DNA from: the human T2T-CHM13v2.0 reference genome, Homo sapiens
DNA length: 64,000 nucleotides
NCBI RefSeq assembly: GCF_009914755.1
Contig: NC_060929.1
Strand: one strand, 5' to 3'
Each line of letters begins with the position of its first letter. The stretch's first letter is position 1. The translations under genes were made by a program, and so were the position numbers. Below the pieces are notes generated by a model, which saw only the letters and a program-made list of their open reading frames with translations, made no database searches and was not told the DNA's origin. Shown in pieces: positions 45,393 to 60,000 of the stretch.

Positions 45393-48300
45393 TTACATGG
45401 CTCCTTGAAAGTGAATATTGACAAATCACAACAGACATTTTCAGAGGATTCTAGAAAAAATTCATATTTGTAGTGGAGGAGGAACACTAATTCTGACCCT
45501 TAAATTGATACTGATGTTATCCTCAGATAATCTGTTGCATTTATATGCAGCTTGCTATCTCTTCAATTCATAAAAATTCTCAAAATGTGTTGTTCATAGA
45601 AGTAAATCACAGAGTAACACAAAAACTGTTGATCATTCCCTGAGTTCTTTCAAGCTTGACATTTTCCTTTGTATAGATATGAGGTCAAAGGGAGCAACTA
45701 TGACTTTCCACTCACAGAATCTGGGCAAAATGATCTTTCATCAAGGCAGATGATAAAGAGAATAGATGTGACATCAAGAATTGTTGGGATTTCCTCGGAT
45801 AAAAACTCTTATAGACTCATTATTGCAATTCTGCCACAGGTCTCAGATTGTACTTACTGGTCCTGTTGGAGACAATTGAAACAAGACAAGGCAAATAATA
45901 CAGCTCTAGTGTGTTCCAAGAATAACAGAATGACTTACTGTTATCCGTCCCATGAGATGAAATTAGATATTTCTGAGAGATTTCAGAATAAATTTTATTT
46001 TTTATTCTAAATGTTCATACCTGTAATCTTTGCTCTATCATATAGTAAATATCTGTCTATAACAGACATTTAGAACCAGATAATGAAAAATAATTGGAAA
46101 TTTTCTTTTCTAAAAGCTATAACTTTTGAATATGATTTTAATTAAATGAATTCCATGTAAGTTTTTTTTCTATTTTGCAGTAGCTAAAGAGAAATTAATT
46201 AGTCATGTCATGAACCAAAGTTATATAATATGTGTTTATAAAATAGTACTAATCCACCACACTAAATTGACTGGATTTCAAAACATTCTATCACAGCCCT
46301 TCAGGTATTTAGAGTCAAGGAGAAAGAGAGACTAAAAGCATCGGAAAATTAAGGACATACAATTAAATATGTTTCAATAAATTAAGGATAGTTGTATAAA
46401 TTATAAGTACAAATTTCATGTGTTTCTTAAAACATCACAAGTTGCTTTAATTTTTGAGTTCCATTAAGGCATTACAGAGCAAAAAAAAAAATGTTGACTT
46501 GATCAGGGTTACTCTGGTAATTACTCTTATCATCTTAGCATTTCATTCGTAAGAATTGGCCTATGGTAGATTACAAACATAATAGTCTTTAAACATGAAT
46601 TACTAAAAACTGGCCGGGTTAGGAAGTCTATGTTAATAGGGGAACAAAATGAATGGGGATGCATAAAAGCTAACTACAACATGACACACAGGCTTCCTTA
46701 GAAATAAATAATGAGCTAATTCACCATTTCTGAGAAGCAGTAGTTTCATACGCAGTTCCTGGGGTGGATCAAAAGAATCACCTAAATATGAGCACACATC
46801 TATCCATCTTCTAAAAGAAAAGGAAATGCTCAACTATACACAAAGGCTATGTTAAAACACCAGGCTTGTTCTCAGAAATCAGATGATCTTGGAGGGACTT
46901 TTCATTGACTTTTGTTTGGCCTGTGCAGGCATATTTATGAATTGTAAGAGAAGCTGAAATATTTGAAATAGAGATATCAAGTTCTCATTTATTTAGATGA
47001 ATTTTTAGTGGACCAAAAATGAAATGAAAGGTTTTAGGCCAAAGATATTTTCATATATTAAACCCACCAGGAAATGAGTACTTTAAATGACAGTCACCCC
47101 ATAATACAAAGAAATTTTGTCTGATTTATCTGAAATGCTAAATCATGTACTACTTACAGTGGAAACCTTCTGTAAATTTTCTATAAGTTAATCAAATTTG
47201 CATCCTAAGAATCACTTTTCATTCATTTAAACTGTATTGATCTTAATCTCTGAAAATATTCTGAAATTTTTGAAATTTAATAATTATTAGACAAAGTAAT
47301 ATTTTCTTAGTGCTGTGTGCTGTATTGTAATAATTGATTTACCTTTCTTTCCCACTAAACTATAAGTTCCCTGAAAATAGAATTTCAATATCATTTGACT
47401 TTGGATTTTCAGCATAGTGCACTTAAACTCACTATTTGATGAGTGAATGATTTCTTAGAGAAAGATATTGAATTCAATTTATGTTACAATTGTTAATATG
47501 CATAAAAAATATGGAACAATATACGTCAATCTACTAGCAGTAGTTTTCTCTAGGAAATGGGATGGGGAAGGGGTATCAGGAGTATTTTACTTTCTGCTTT
47601 AGATTTGTATGATTGTCTTCATCACAACCTTGCTTTACTACTTTCATAATAAAAATGTTGAGGACATAAAAAAGTAGCACCTTAAAGTTAGTAGATGAAA
47701 AACTTGGCAACTATCCAACTTCTTGTTAATGTTTATGGTAAAGTCTTCACTAAATTGTATTACCAGTTATTTTATTTTCTGAGGAAGAAAAATTGGATTT
47801 GAATACTTTTATAGTTAAGAACATATTATTTCTAGTTCTTTTCTGATGTTTTGGATTTGTCTTCTCTTCACAGTTGTGTGTCTGTTTCTCTTTCTTCCAG
47901 AGTTATCAGTTTCCTTATTTAGTCATCTTCACCCTAATAAGTGGCAAACAAGCACTACTGCCTAGATTCTAGGGAATTTCACTCCACATTTTACCTCATC
48001 TATTTAGAACATTATGATGTTCAGAATACTTTTGTAGACACTCTATATGTATTAACATATTAATACATTGTGTATATATCCAACATCTCTAATCTATAAA
48101 ACTAGAAAATGGTGAATTTAAATTTCTGTGTTCTTTCTCTAACTAGTATCATCATTATCAAGTTATATGTTTACGACATTGCCGGTATTTTCCATTCACA
48201 AAGGCTTTTCCCATTTAGATTTGATAAGGCCAGGGGGGGAAAAAAAAAGCAATGCTAACAGAAATGGTTTCGTGGTTAATAAAGCTACTTTATTAGCTTG

Positions 48301-49204
48301 GAATTGCATTTCATGGATAGTAGTAGCAATTAACCAATTTATCCATTTACACCAAAACACTTCTCCCTGGGAAATGAGCTACAATCTCCTTCAATACTGA
48401 AAATTCCCCCAGGTATCTGAGCACTTCATTCCCCACCCCTCTCTTCACGGCCAATAAAATTACCCTTTCTTTTTGATTAACCATTATAGTGTATCTCACA
48501 TTTAACCTTTCCTTTTCATTCCCACTATTACTGCTTAAATCCAGGACCTGAAATACAAACGACTTCAATAGCTTGCTAACCGTGTTCAGTTTTTCTTTAC
48601 ACTGGGGCTAAGTTGTTCTACCTTCCTCTATTGCCAATTCACCTGGTAGCTGGTTTCCTACTTACTTCTAAACAAAATTTGATTTCCCTTAAACCAGTGT
48701 TCAAGGTCCCTGGATACCTTTCAGCTTGGTCTACAACTGTTAGACATTCCGTTTATTCCAGTCTGGTTGGAATACTTGTTATTATTCCCCATTGAACAAC
48801 TTACGCTTTCCTTTCTCCGCCCATTTTCTTATACCATTTATATTAATAAGTTGCCTTCAGTTCTCCTTTATAATCTATTAAAATCATATTCTTTAGACCT
48901 TTAAATTATTTAGGGTTCCATGACCTTCTAGAAGCCTTGCTTTATTTCCATTATAGCTGGGTTCTTTCCCCTATGAATAGCTATTTATTTGAACCATCTT
49001 ATGACACTTACCACATATTTTCTTGTATCATCATTTATGTAGCTCTCCTCCCATTACTTTCTTTATTTCCTATGTGTCAAGTAATGTGCTCAATGCTGAG
49101 GGAAAAGTGGAAAACAAAAAGCAGTTTTCTCCCTCTTGAGACAGGGTCCATGGTAATGTATATTCATAAATGTTTAAAATACATAATTATATATATGTTT
49201 TTAA

Positions 49205-50616
49205 TTCCTTTTTAAACTTTTATTTTAGGTTCAGGGGTACATGTGAAGGTTTGTTATACAAGTAAATTTGTGTCATGAGGGGTTGTTTTACATATTATTT
49301 CAAGTATTAAGCCTATTACTTGATAGTTATTTTTTTCTGTTCCTCTCCCTCCTCCCACCTCCACCTTCAAGTAGACACCAATGTCTGTTGTTCCCTTCTT
49401 TGTGCTCATGAGTTCTCATCATTTAGCTCCAATTTATAGGTGAGAATATGCAGTATTTGGTTTTCTCTTCTTGCGTTAGTTTGCTAAGGATGATAGCTTC
49501 CAGCTCCATCCTTGTTCCCACAAGAAAAACACATGATCTTGTTCTTTTTTATGGCTATATAGTATTCCATGGTGTATATGTATCACATTTTCTTTATCCA
49601 ATCTGTCATTGATGGCATTTAGGTTGATTCCATGTCTTTGCCATTGTGAACAGTGCTGCAATGAACATTCACATGCATGTGTCTTTATGGTAGAATGATT
49701 TCTATTCCTATGGATATCATACCCAGTTGAATGATAGATCTGCTTTTAGCTCTTTGAGGAATCACCATACTGCTTTCCACAATGGTTGGACTAATTTACA
49801 TTAGCACCAACAGTGTATAATTGTCCCCTTTTCTTGGCAACCCTGACAGCATCTGTTATTTTTTGCCTTTTTAATAATACCTGTTCTGACTGGTGTAAGA
49901 TGGTATCTCATTGTGGTTTTGATTTGCATTTCTCTAATGATCAGTGATACTGAGCTTTCTTCATATGCCTGTTGGCCACATGTATGTCTTCTTTTGAAAA
50001 GTGTATGTTCATGTCCTTTGCCCATTTTTTAGTGGGGTTGTTTGCTTTCCTCTTGTAAATTTAAGTTCCTCATAGATACTGAGTATTAGACCTTTGTCAG
50101 ATGCATAATTTGAATTTTTTTCTCCCATTCTATAGGTTGTCTGTTTTCTCTGTTGATAGTTTCTTTTGCTGTGCAGAAGCTCTTAAGTTTCATTAGATCA
50201 CATTTGTCAATTTTTGCTTTTGTTGAGATTGCTGTTGTTGTCTTTGTCATGTAATCTTTGCTATTTCTATGTGTAGGGTGGTATTGCCTAGGTGGTTTTC
50301 CAGGGATTTTATAGTTTTGGGTTTTACATTAAGTTTTTAATTCATCTTGAATTGATTTTTGTGTATGGTGTAAGGAAGCAGTCCAGCTTCAATCTTCTAC
50401 GTATGGCTAGACATTTATCCCAGCACCATTTATTGAATAGGGAGTCTTTTTCCAATGGTATGTTTTGGTCAGCTTAGTTAAAGATCAGATGATCCTAGGT
50501 ATGTGGCCTTATTTCTGGGCTCTCTATTTTGTTCCGTTGGTCTATGTGTCTGTTTTTATACCAGTACCATGCTGTTTTGCTTACTGTAGCCTCATAGGCA
50601 ATCCCATTCACAATTG

Positions 50617-50686
<70 letters not shown>

Positions 50687-52670
50687 ACATACAGCTAACC
50701 AGGGAGGTGAAAGAACTCCCGGGGCTGAAGCCTACTTGATCATGGTGGATTGGCTTTTTGATGTGCTGTTGAATATGGTTTGTAAGTATTTTATTGAGGA
50801 TTTTTGCATCGATGTTTATCAAGGATACTGTGCTGAAGTTTTTCTTTTGTTGTTTCTCTGCCAGGTTTTGGTATCAGGATGATGCTGGCCTCATAGCATG
50901 AGTTGGAGAGGAGTCCTTCCTCCTCAATTTTTTTGAATAGTTTCAATAGAAATAGTACCAGCTCTTCTTTGTACATCTGGTAGAATTTGGCTGTAAATCC
51001 ATCAGGTCCTGGGAGTTTTTTTGTTTTTTGTTTTTTTTTGGTTGGTAGGCTATTTATTACTGACTCAATTTTGGAGCTTGTTATTGGTCTGTTCAGGGAA
51101 TTTATTTCATCCTGATTCAGTCTTGGGAAAGTATGTGTCCAGGAATTTATCCATCTCTTCTAGGTTTTCCAGTTTGTATGCAAAGGTGTGTTTGTAGTAG
51201 TTTCTGATGGTAATTTTTATTTCTGTGAGGGGCAGTGGTAACATCCCCTTTGTCATTTCTAATTGTGTTTATTTGGATCTTTTTTCTTCTTTATTAATCT
51301 AACTAGCGGCCTATATATCTTATTAATTTTTTCAAAAAACCAACTCCATCTTTCGAATGGTTTTTTGTGTCTTGATATCTTTCAGTTCAGCTGGGATTTT
51401 GGTTATTTCTTGTCTTCTGCTAGCTTTGGGGTTCCTTTGTTCTTGCTTCTCTAATATTTGAGTCGTGATGTTTGACTATTAATTTGAGATCTATCTAACT
51501 TTTTGATGTGGGCATTTAGTGCTATGAATTTCCCTCTTAACACTACCTTACCTGTGTCTCAGAGTTTCTGGCATTTTGTATCTTTGTTCTCGTTAGTTTT
51601 GAAGAACTTCTTGATTTCTCTGTTAATTTCATTTTTTTACCCAAAAATCATTTAGGAGCATATTGTTTAATCTGCATGTAATTGCATGGTTTTGAGCAAT
51701 TGTCTTAGTCTTGACTTCTGTTTTTACTGCACTGTGGTTTGAGAGTGTGTTTGGTATGATTGTGGTTCTTTTGCATTTACTGAGGATTGTTTTATGTCCA
51801 ATTATGTGGTAGATTTTAAAGTATGTGCCATGTGGCGATGAGAAGAATGTATATTTTGTTGTTTTTGGGTGGAGAGTTCTGTAGAGGTCTAGCAAATCCA
51901 TTTGGTCCAACTTTGAGTTCAGGTCCCGAATATCTTTGTTAATTTTCTGCCTCAATGGTCTATCTAATACTGTCAGTGGAATGTTGAAGTCTCCCATTAT
52001 TGTTGTGCGGGAGTCTATGTCTCTTTGTAGGTTTCTAAGAACTTGTCTTATGAACCTAGGTGCTCCTGTGTTGGGTGCATATATATTTAGGATAGTTAGG
52101 TCCTTTAGGTGAATTAAACCCTTTACCAATATTTAATGCCCTTATTTGTGTTTTTTAGTCTTTGTTGGTTTAAAGTCTGTTTTGTCTGAAATTAGAATCG
52201 CAACTTCTGCTTTTTTCTGTTTTCCATTTGCTTGGTAGATTTTCTTCCATCTCTCTATTTTGAGCCAATGGGTGTCATTATGTGTGAGATGACAGCGTAC
52301 AATTGGGGCTTGCTTTTTTATCTGGTTTGCCACTGTGCCTTTTAAATGGGGCATTTAGCTTGTTTACATTCAAGGTTATTATTGATATGTTTGGATTTGG
52401 TCCTGTCATTGTGGTGTTAGCTGGTTATTATGCTGGCTTGTTTGTGAAGTTGCTTTATAGTGTCACTGATCTGTGTATTTAAGTGTGTTTTGTATTAGCT
52501 GGTAACAGTCTTTCTCTATTTAGTGCTCCTTTCAAGATCTCTTGTAAGGCAGGTCTGATGGTAATGAACTCCCTCAACATTTGCTTATTTGAAAAAGATC
52601 TTATTTCTCCTTTATGTAGGAAGCTTAATTTGGCTGGATGTGAAATTTTAGTTGAAGATTTTTATATTTT
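49205..52670 (-). mobile_element. Old primate L1 (L1PA13-16-like), antisense, 5'-truncated in ORF1, internally rearranged
   Basis: 3' end ttttattttaggttcaggggtacatgtg. ORF2 remnants 51629-52129 (endonuclease), 50791-50976 and 49801-50025. ORF1 C-terminal remnant near 52600. Confidence 0.92.
50618..50681. repeat. (CA)32 microsatellite
   Basis: Perfect dinucleotide run inside the inverted L1 piece. Confidence 0.95.
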
Positions 52671-54224
52671 TTAAATTATTAATCAGCCTTTAATTGGCTA
52701 ATTTGGACCATGCCATGCCTTAACAATGACAAACAATATCTTGTGTTTTTTAAGGATTTATTCATTATCTGGTTTCAGGTATTGTGTGGTAGGAAGTTCT
52801 TTAGAAATTACCAGACCCTGGAGGGTCCTTGTTCTTACACACTCTAGCCCCCATCCTAGTTCTCAGTCCCTGCAAGCTTCACACACATGTGAACAAATGC
52901 AGAGAAAAATTACTTGTGACCCAGGTCATTTACCTGGTCTCTTTTTCTGTCTTAATTTCCTTAAGCTGATTATTGATTACAAAGAAAACCTCTGGACTTT
53001 GGAGGTAGGGGAAATGCTGGCCAATATTTCATGAAAACCATTCACTGTCCTCTGCATCATTAGTAGAAGAAACAGACATGCAATCCTATAAGCCTACCAA
53101 AGGTCAGATTGATGAATTTTAGGTATCCTGTGGCAAATGGTGAAAATCAGAGATGACGCTCACCTGCTCCAGCTTGAGGATATAGACTAAGTTAAAATGG
53201 AATAAAAGATAATGTGACCAAAGAAAAGAAAGTCATTTAGTTCATTTTTTTGTTGTTCATCAATTCAATAAATATTTTTTAAGCACCTTCTATGTGCCAA
53301 TTGCTCTAGTAGACACTAGAGATACAGTAATAAAAGTAGTCCCTGATATTAATCCTTGGTGTTAGTAAAAAGAGAAAGTACAGGGATGAAAAGGGAAGCT
53401 AATGAGGGAACAGAGAAACAGAGAAGAGAACTTTAACATTGATCTAGACTGTAATATGATTGGAAGACGTAGGGATATTCAGGATATAAACTGAAGAGTT
53501 CCAATGGGAGAACCGTTTATGAAATCATTGTTCCATTGCACTCAGTAGTACCAAGCAGTCCACAAGAATTGACACACATTTCAAACATGACTTACTACAA
53601 GCATGGCTTTCAAAATGGATATATGTGACTCATGAAGAGCCTTGTTCAATCTACTATTGCTAAACTTTCAATTTTGACATATTTTTCATTAAGAGGTGCT
53701 GTTCTGTCTTGCAATACTGATTGACCAGCTGCCAAACCACATGAACTACATTTGGACCACAATTGGCAGAATGTATTCTAATGTGAAAGATAATACAGCA
53801 AGTACTTCTTTGTAATTCCATGTTCAAAATGAAAGTATAAAATAAGCACCAAAAAAAAAATGATAAATTTTCCATTTAAAATGTACCAGTGGATCTGTGG
53901 GGGTCTATGAAATGTCTTTTGCTTTCCTATCTGAAGGAGAGCTCAAGTTGTTTATATTGTGCTGTTACTTCAGCAGTGAGTCAGGAACACTTTATCCTCC
54001 CGTGGCATGAATACAGGGGGTGATTGCAGGCAAAACAACCAGTCAGAGCAATTATTACATGCTCTTTGGAACTCTGTGCTGTGCCTCTTGGTAAATAGGA
54101 TTTTATGATAAAAGCATCAAGATGTAGACATGTCACCAGTGATGTGAATTGTTGTTAAGTAGAGTTATAAGGTACAAATGTATGTATGCCCTTGGATGTG
54201 AATTTACCCCCAGGACAATGTTTT

Positions 54225-54390
54225 CCAGTGTGTGGTTTCCAGGTGACTTGTATCACTAGAAAATTTCGATTTCTAGTCTCCTACAGAGATTCTTATTTCT
54301 CAGGTCTAGTGTGGGCCCTGGGTGTCAGCACTTTGAACAAGTCCTCAGAGGATTCTAATGCAGATTGAGGTTTGAAAGCTATGGACCTAG
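54225..54390. mobile_element. MER5A-type (hAT-Charlie)
   Basis: cagagattcttatttctcaggtctagtgtgggccctgg...aacaagtcctcagaggattctaatgcag...gtttgaaagc. A second copy lies at about 60450-60635. Confidence 0.75.
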
Positions 54391-55244
54391 AAGAAAAAGA
54401 ATCACTTCCAATCAGTCAACATAACTAAATTGTTAACAGAAAACTATAATTTTATATATTCAGCAGTATAAAGTATATATGATATTCTGAAAGAATGTAA
54501 AACAAATATATTATATTGAGAGTATTCATAATCTACCCTACTATGTTTTTAACAAGTACATGCTGGATCTTCTATATTCACTTAGAAAAAGAAAATGATA
54601 TACAGAGACCTAATAAAGAACCTGGTTCTGAAAGGGAAGGAAATACCTTTTCTGAAAGTCTCTGAGCATCTTTTCTCTCTTCTGACCTTGTCTGTTCTGA
54701 AAGATGAATGTCCTACAGGCAATCCCAGGGGGTCTTCCTAGACTGCAATTCTCCCTGCCCTTAAATATGTGGAGTTAACTGAAGCTCCAGACAGCTCAGC
54801 TCCAGATGAATTTCTCAAACAGTTCCTTCTGCTGTCCCGGGACCTGGCCAGAGATTCCATGGGAGATGCCTTTGGTAAACTGGATATGGGAGATTTACAT
54901 AGCAGCATAGTGGGAGAGAGGTTTTGGCAGAGCCTCTTCAAGAGAAGTGTTGAAAGAAAAGCTGAGATTTATGTTACACAGTATCTTGACCTCAAGTAGT
55001 GTTTGCTTTGGGTTCTTAGGTGTGAAAGGCAACTTTTGCATTTCTAAAAAGAAGAAACTTGTAGGTCTTGCATACCATGTTTGCCCTAAGTCAGCTAAAG
55101 GGGAAAATGCAACTGGACATTCATACAAATAAATTAAGAAATTAATCTTAAATCCTTTTGTTAAATAGTCACATTTGGATTCCTTTATGAAGCTGTCTTC
55201 TAAAGCAGAGTTATACTGATTCAATAAATAAATATCCCTATATT

Positions 55245-55804
55245 TGATGAAGCAAACTTAGGATTCATGCTAATACAAATGACAGAAATCCAGTGTAAAC
55301 TGCCATGGCTTAAGCCTTAAAGCTTAAGTAAGTTGGCAAATGACTGGCTTCAATCATTGCTGAATTCAGAGGTTCAAGATGTCACAGCATTCTGACTTTC
55401 ACCATCTAGGTGTTGAGCCGGTGTTATAGAAATCGGTCATTTCATCACTGTAAGATGCCTCCCTAAGGGTGGCAACATAATGGCTGGTGGCTTCAGGTTC
55501 TCATCCTTTCAGCCTACCAGTCCAGAAGAAAGATAGTTTCTCTTTTCAATAGTTCCAACAGAAGTTCTAAATAGGAGTCCTGTTGGCTGTATGGATTCAA
55601 TATCCACCCCTGAACTTATCATTGTGGCTAGGAGAGCAGATAACATTGATTATCCAGGTCATATGCCCATGGCTAGAGCAAAAGCAGGGAAGATGAGGTC
55701 AGTTATGATGAAATCACATGGATTTCAAAGGAAATTCTAAACTGCTGTTACCAGAAGAACAGGGAATAAATGTACTGGCAACTAGCATCTATGTCTGTTA
55801 CACA
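55245..55804. mobile_element. MLT1 (J/K-like) LTR
   Basis: aaatgacagaaatcca...tggcttca...aacttatcattgtggctagg...ctgctgttaccagaagaacagggaat...tacaca. Confidence 0.65.
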
Positions 55805-56884
55805 GGTACACCATAATTAGTAAGTAGTAAGGAAAGTAGCAGTGGGCTTTTTGTGCATTCACCTTTGTGATTGTTGTCTCCTTTAATCTGGTATGGATGA
55901 TCATTTTAGCCAGAACACCTTTAACCACTTTTTCTTACCTTAAGACTTATACTATTTGATGAGTCTGTTATACTTTAGAGCAAAGTGAGACCAACATTAA
56001 GACAGCTCTTCTTGCCCTTGGCTAACAGCAACAGATGTAATAGCTTTGAACATTGCTGTACATTAATTTACTTGGTTATTTCTCTTCTGTGGGAAAAAAA
56101 ATGGATATGATGCCACTTGATCCCTCTTTTTTCATAAAAGTCTGATGATTTGGAAACTGTTTTGTAATTATTTTTTAATCCTTAAATTCCTGGGATTTCG
56201 GTGATAGATGTCATTCAAACAAACTGGTTGTTAGTGAAAATACTGCTATCTGAGCACATGACCCTTAAAAAATGATTATTTTCTATTTCTCCACATCGTT
56301 AGCTCTTCAGATTCACTATGATTATTTAAATATATGTAGAGCGAAATCTAATTATTCTGGTGCAGAACATTTTTCATACATTTGTTTAACTATTTCCTAC
56401 TCTCTGTCTGTCTTCCACCCCCAGGTCTCATGCTTTCTCCCTGTATAATTGTTTGAGCAGCTAGAATGTTAAAATTTTCACCCAATAATTGGGCCTGTCA
56501 AAGGCTTAGTGATTAAAGTATGTCATGTTTAAGAAAGTTTTAGAAGAAATATAGTGTTTCTAACTTTAATTTTTAAGGCTTATAGTTACGGCATTGGCTA
56601 TGATTTCTTCCCCATGGATGGCAAGTGATGCTCCTATCCGTATAAAGTTAACTGGTTTACATTATTTCTGAGTAAGTCCCAGCAATTGTTCTTGTCAGGC
56701 TACCACTGGTGTATGCTTTTGTAAGCTGGCCTTGATCCCAAAGAGTAGGGCTAGGAATCTAACATGTGTCCGGTTCCATTTCTCAACCCTCTAAACTATG
56801 TAACTTTCTTAGTGCTGACACACTCACTGGCCTATATTATTTAATCAGCTGATCACAGAAAAAAGAATTTGCCAGATAGCTTCC

Positions 56885-57095
56885 ATTACATATGACTTTT
56901 CATTTTAGAAAGTACTTTCACGTATATTATCTCACTTGAATCTCATAACAGATGAGGTCCTATTATCTTAAATTTGCAGGTCAAGAGTAGAACTTAGGGA
57001 CCTTAATGACTTGCACCAGGTTACATCACTAGGAAATGACAGAGTCAGGTCTTTGACTCTGGACTGTCTGTGTTCTTTCAATCACGCCATTGCCT
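56885..57095 (-). mobile_element. MIR
   Basis: actttcacgtatattatctcacttgaatctcataaca...tgacttgcaccaggttacatcactaggaaatgacagag. A similar MIR lies at about 62480-62680. Confidence 0.8.
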
Positions 57096-60000
57096 GGAAT
57101 CCATTCCAGCATTTGCAGACTATGAGACAGAGCTAAGCATGTGTGAAAGACCCACTGCCATTGTTCACATCCATCAAGATGGCTTTAAGGCTGAAGAATG
57201 TGCAGGCATCTCAGTTGGAAGGCATGCGAGCTTGATAGAAATTGAGACACTAGGAAGACACTGGAAGAGGAATGAACCAGCAGAAGACATTTTAAAGGAT
57301 ATTAAGCCTACTGAACACCACTGCTTTGACATCTAAATCTTTGAAATATTATTTAAGGGGTACTGACTTTGAGTACAAGTTAGTTCTTGTGCTACCTGTA
57401 CACAATTCAAATAAAAGAAGTATTTTCGTTGAATGTCATTTCATTTGAAATATGTTTAAGTTTGAATACTTTCAAGCTTATTCATTCCCAGTTTGCTAAT
57501 ATGTAAATGAGAGTTTACTTTTTCTCTTAAGGCCTTTTTATATGTTTTCAAATTTCAGTAGGAATTTAAAGCAAATCTTTCCATATCAGAAACAGACACA
57601 AATCAATGCTTTGGATCCTAAGAGCAGTTATTTAAAGTCAGTTAACTTATTGTTGGAACTTTGAATTGCTAAAGGAAAATATTTTATCTAACCTCATTTT
57701 TGTATTATTTCTAGAATGTCAATAACAACTGTCACAAATGATATTTTTGAAGAGCTATAATGTAAAATGGCATTAGGTTGTCAGTTTCACTTACCAGCAA
57801 GTAAGATATGACTTGAATTCTATACGGGGCCTAGCCTACTGTCTTTCCCTTGGTGGTATTATTTTTCTCCCAATTTCCTCACGATGTTGTATTTACAAAG
57901 TTAAGTACAGAAAATCCAATTTGAGAGGCTGGAAGCAGATCAAATGGTTTAATGAGCTCAGTTTTATTTATATTAGGTGGGGAAATCAAAGCTGAGACTA
58001 ATAATTTCTGTGCCCATAAAAGAATAAGAGACCTAATTAAGCCCACACAGTGAACCAGGTTAGAGACTGCTTATCTTCCACATTTCCTGTGTGAAATAGT
58101 CCTGTCCCATCTCATCAGCTTTCATGTGAATCTTTACCAAGGAAGTGCAAATAGAGGTATCTGGCTGTCCTGAAAGGATAGCAGCAGGTAGATACAGTGT
58201 GATTGCACCCCTAAATTATTGTTTCTGGTGTGGCACAGACACACAGTGATCCTTGTCCTGGCTTTTGAGGAAATACCTAGGAAGATATGAATTTTATTTC
58301 AAAAGAAGAGTAGTGCCTAGATAGGAGGTATCATAATGTCTGCATCTAGAACAGCTGTAACATTTGGAATTCAGATCTAGCTGCTTCCTGTGAGCAAAGA
58401 TATACATCCGAGAAACAGCCAATGACTGTCAGCTTGTAACTGATTGCCTACCTGTAAGCATGGGTCAGCACCATATTAGCGTAGTCTTCAGTCAAGAAAA
58501 GCGGCAATCGAGAGTATCAATATAGTGACACAGATTCTAAAATCATACAAACAAATGATAGCGCATGCAACTTGAAAACTTTTTGAAATTGAAAAAACAC
58601 AGTGGAATACCTGATATAGTTACTAATCACAGTCCTCCAAACAATTTCATTTTGAACTAGTTAAAATAGCATAATCATTATCTTTTTTCTAGCTTTATCT
58701 GCCGGATTCGATTGTAGCAGATTCTATCCAGTGTATTTATCAATGTAATCTAGAATCTATGATGACAGATCTTCATGAGTAGAATTTATAACTGAGTAAA
58801 CCTAGTATTTGTGCTAAATCCGGACTTAGGCTTAGGTCCATCCAACTACTCATCGTGTCAGTGGAGCCCAAATGGTGAGACCACTAAATTTATCATCAGG
58901 GAGAGTTTAGTATGAACTCCAAAAATTCTCTATGGCTTTTTGCTGCCATAAAAATAGGCAGGAAAAAATATTTCAGTAAAACATTTGATTCAGAGGCTCA
59001 GTAGGTTACCTACTCCCTGTGCTTTAAGGTTTATGGAAAGAAAAGCATCTAGGCAATTTTCTAAGTTCTAGATAAATTTGTAGTCTTATTTATGTAACTC
59101 CTGTAATCAAGGCTAAATGCAGACAGCTGAGAGTTCGGTTTGGCCTGTATTTACTTGAAATGGCTAACACCCATTTACAGGCTCATAAATCTTTCAAGTG
59201 TTACCACTGCGTGCATTTGTGGAACCCCACCCCCATTCATGAACAACTAAAATTGGGTCACAGATAAGCTTGATTACTTGTGGGGAAACAATTTGGGGAG
59301 ATGAATATGTAATTTAGTTTCCCTTAATGTGAGGGATGAATTTGTTCCAACAGGTTTACAAGTTACAGTTTTAGCCTGCAGCTTTCTGTGTTGCTATTTT
59401 AAAATGTCATATTTAAAGGAGACACAAGAGCTAAAAATAAGTAAATTTAGGTGTGAAGTCCTAGGGCCTTGGGGTAGGACATTTGGGATCCTATGGATCT
59501 TTCGATAACTATGAAGCCCACAGTTGTCTCAGGACTTACTTATTTTTGTGTGTGGGTTAAAACAGAAATGATTGATTTTTCCCCATTGAAGATACCACAG
59601 ATAAAAACTAATTATCTTAATGGAAACTTGATGCTTAAACAGAAACCTTTCTTTATAAACAAGTGTATATTGAATTTTTACAGTTAATAAAGCTAGTGCT
59701 TATATATTAAAAACACTCTTGTGATTCAAAACACCATAATGTGTAGCTAAACAATGAGTTTTATACAAGTGCTATGTACTTGGAGTAAGAAGATTAATCT
59801 GCAGCTATTCACAAGGTGAGTTAGGGGTAAGATACCAGAGCCCAGGTGAAAAGCAAGGAGGTCCTTGTTACAGTATAAGGAAGTGAGGAAGGTGAGGTGA
59901 TAAAGTGGGAATGGAAAGGAAAGCAAATACCTGATACTGGAGATAAAGTTGTTGCTGTATATTCAAATGAAAAGGTATATATGTGCTCTCTTTTTCTTTT

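Noticed and set aside
54769-54999. 76-aa protein-looking ORF (ELTEAPDSSAPDEFLKQ...) after a pyrimidine tract and ctacAG at 54718
   Set aside because: Non-ATG start and no family that I recognise. Splicing from the phase-2 ADGRV1 donor to 54719 uses a different frame and stops quickly. A BLASTP or PhyloCSF hit would be needed to reinstate it.
57070-57336. 88-aa ORF with balanced composition
   Set aside because: Starts at a GTG inside a MIR and has no recognisable homology. Nearby AG acceptors are out of frame with ADGRV1.
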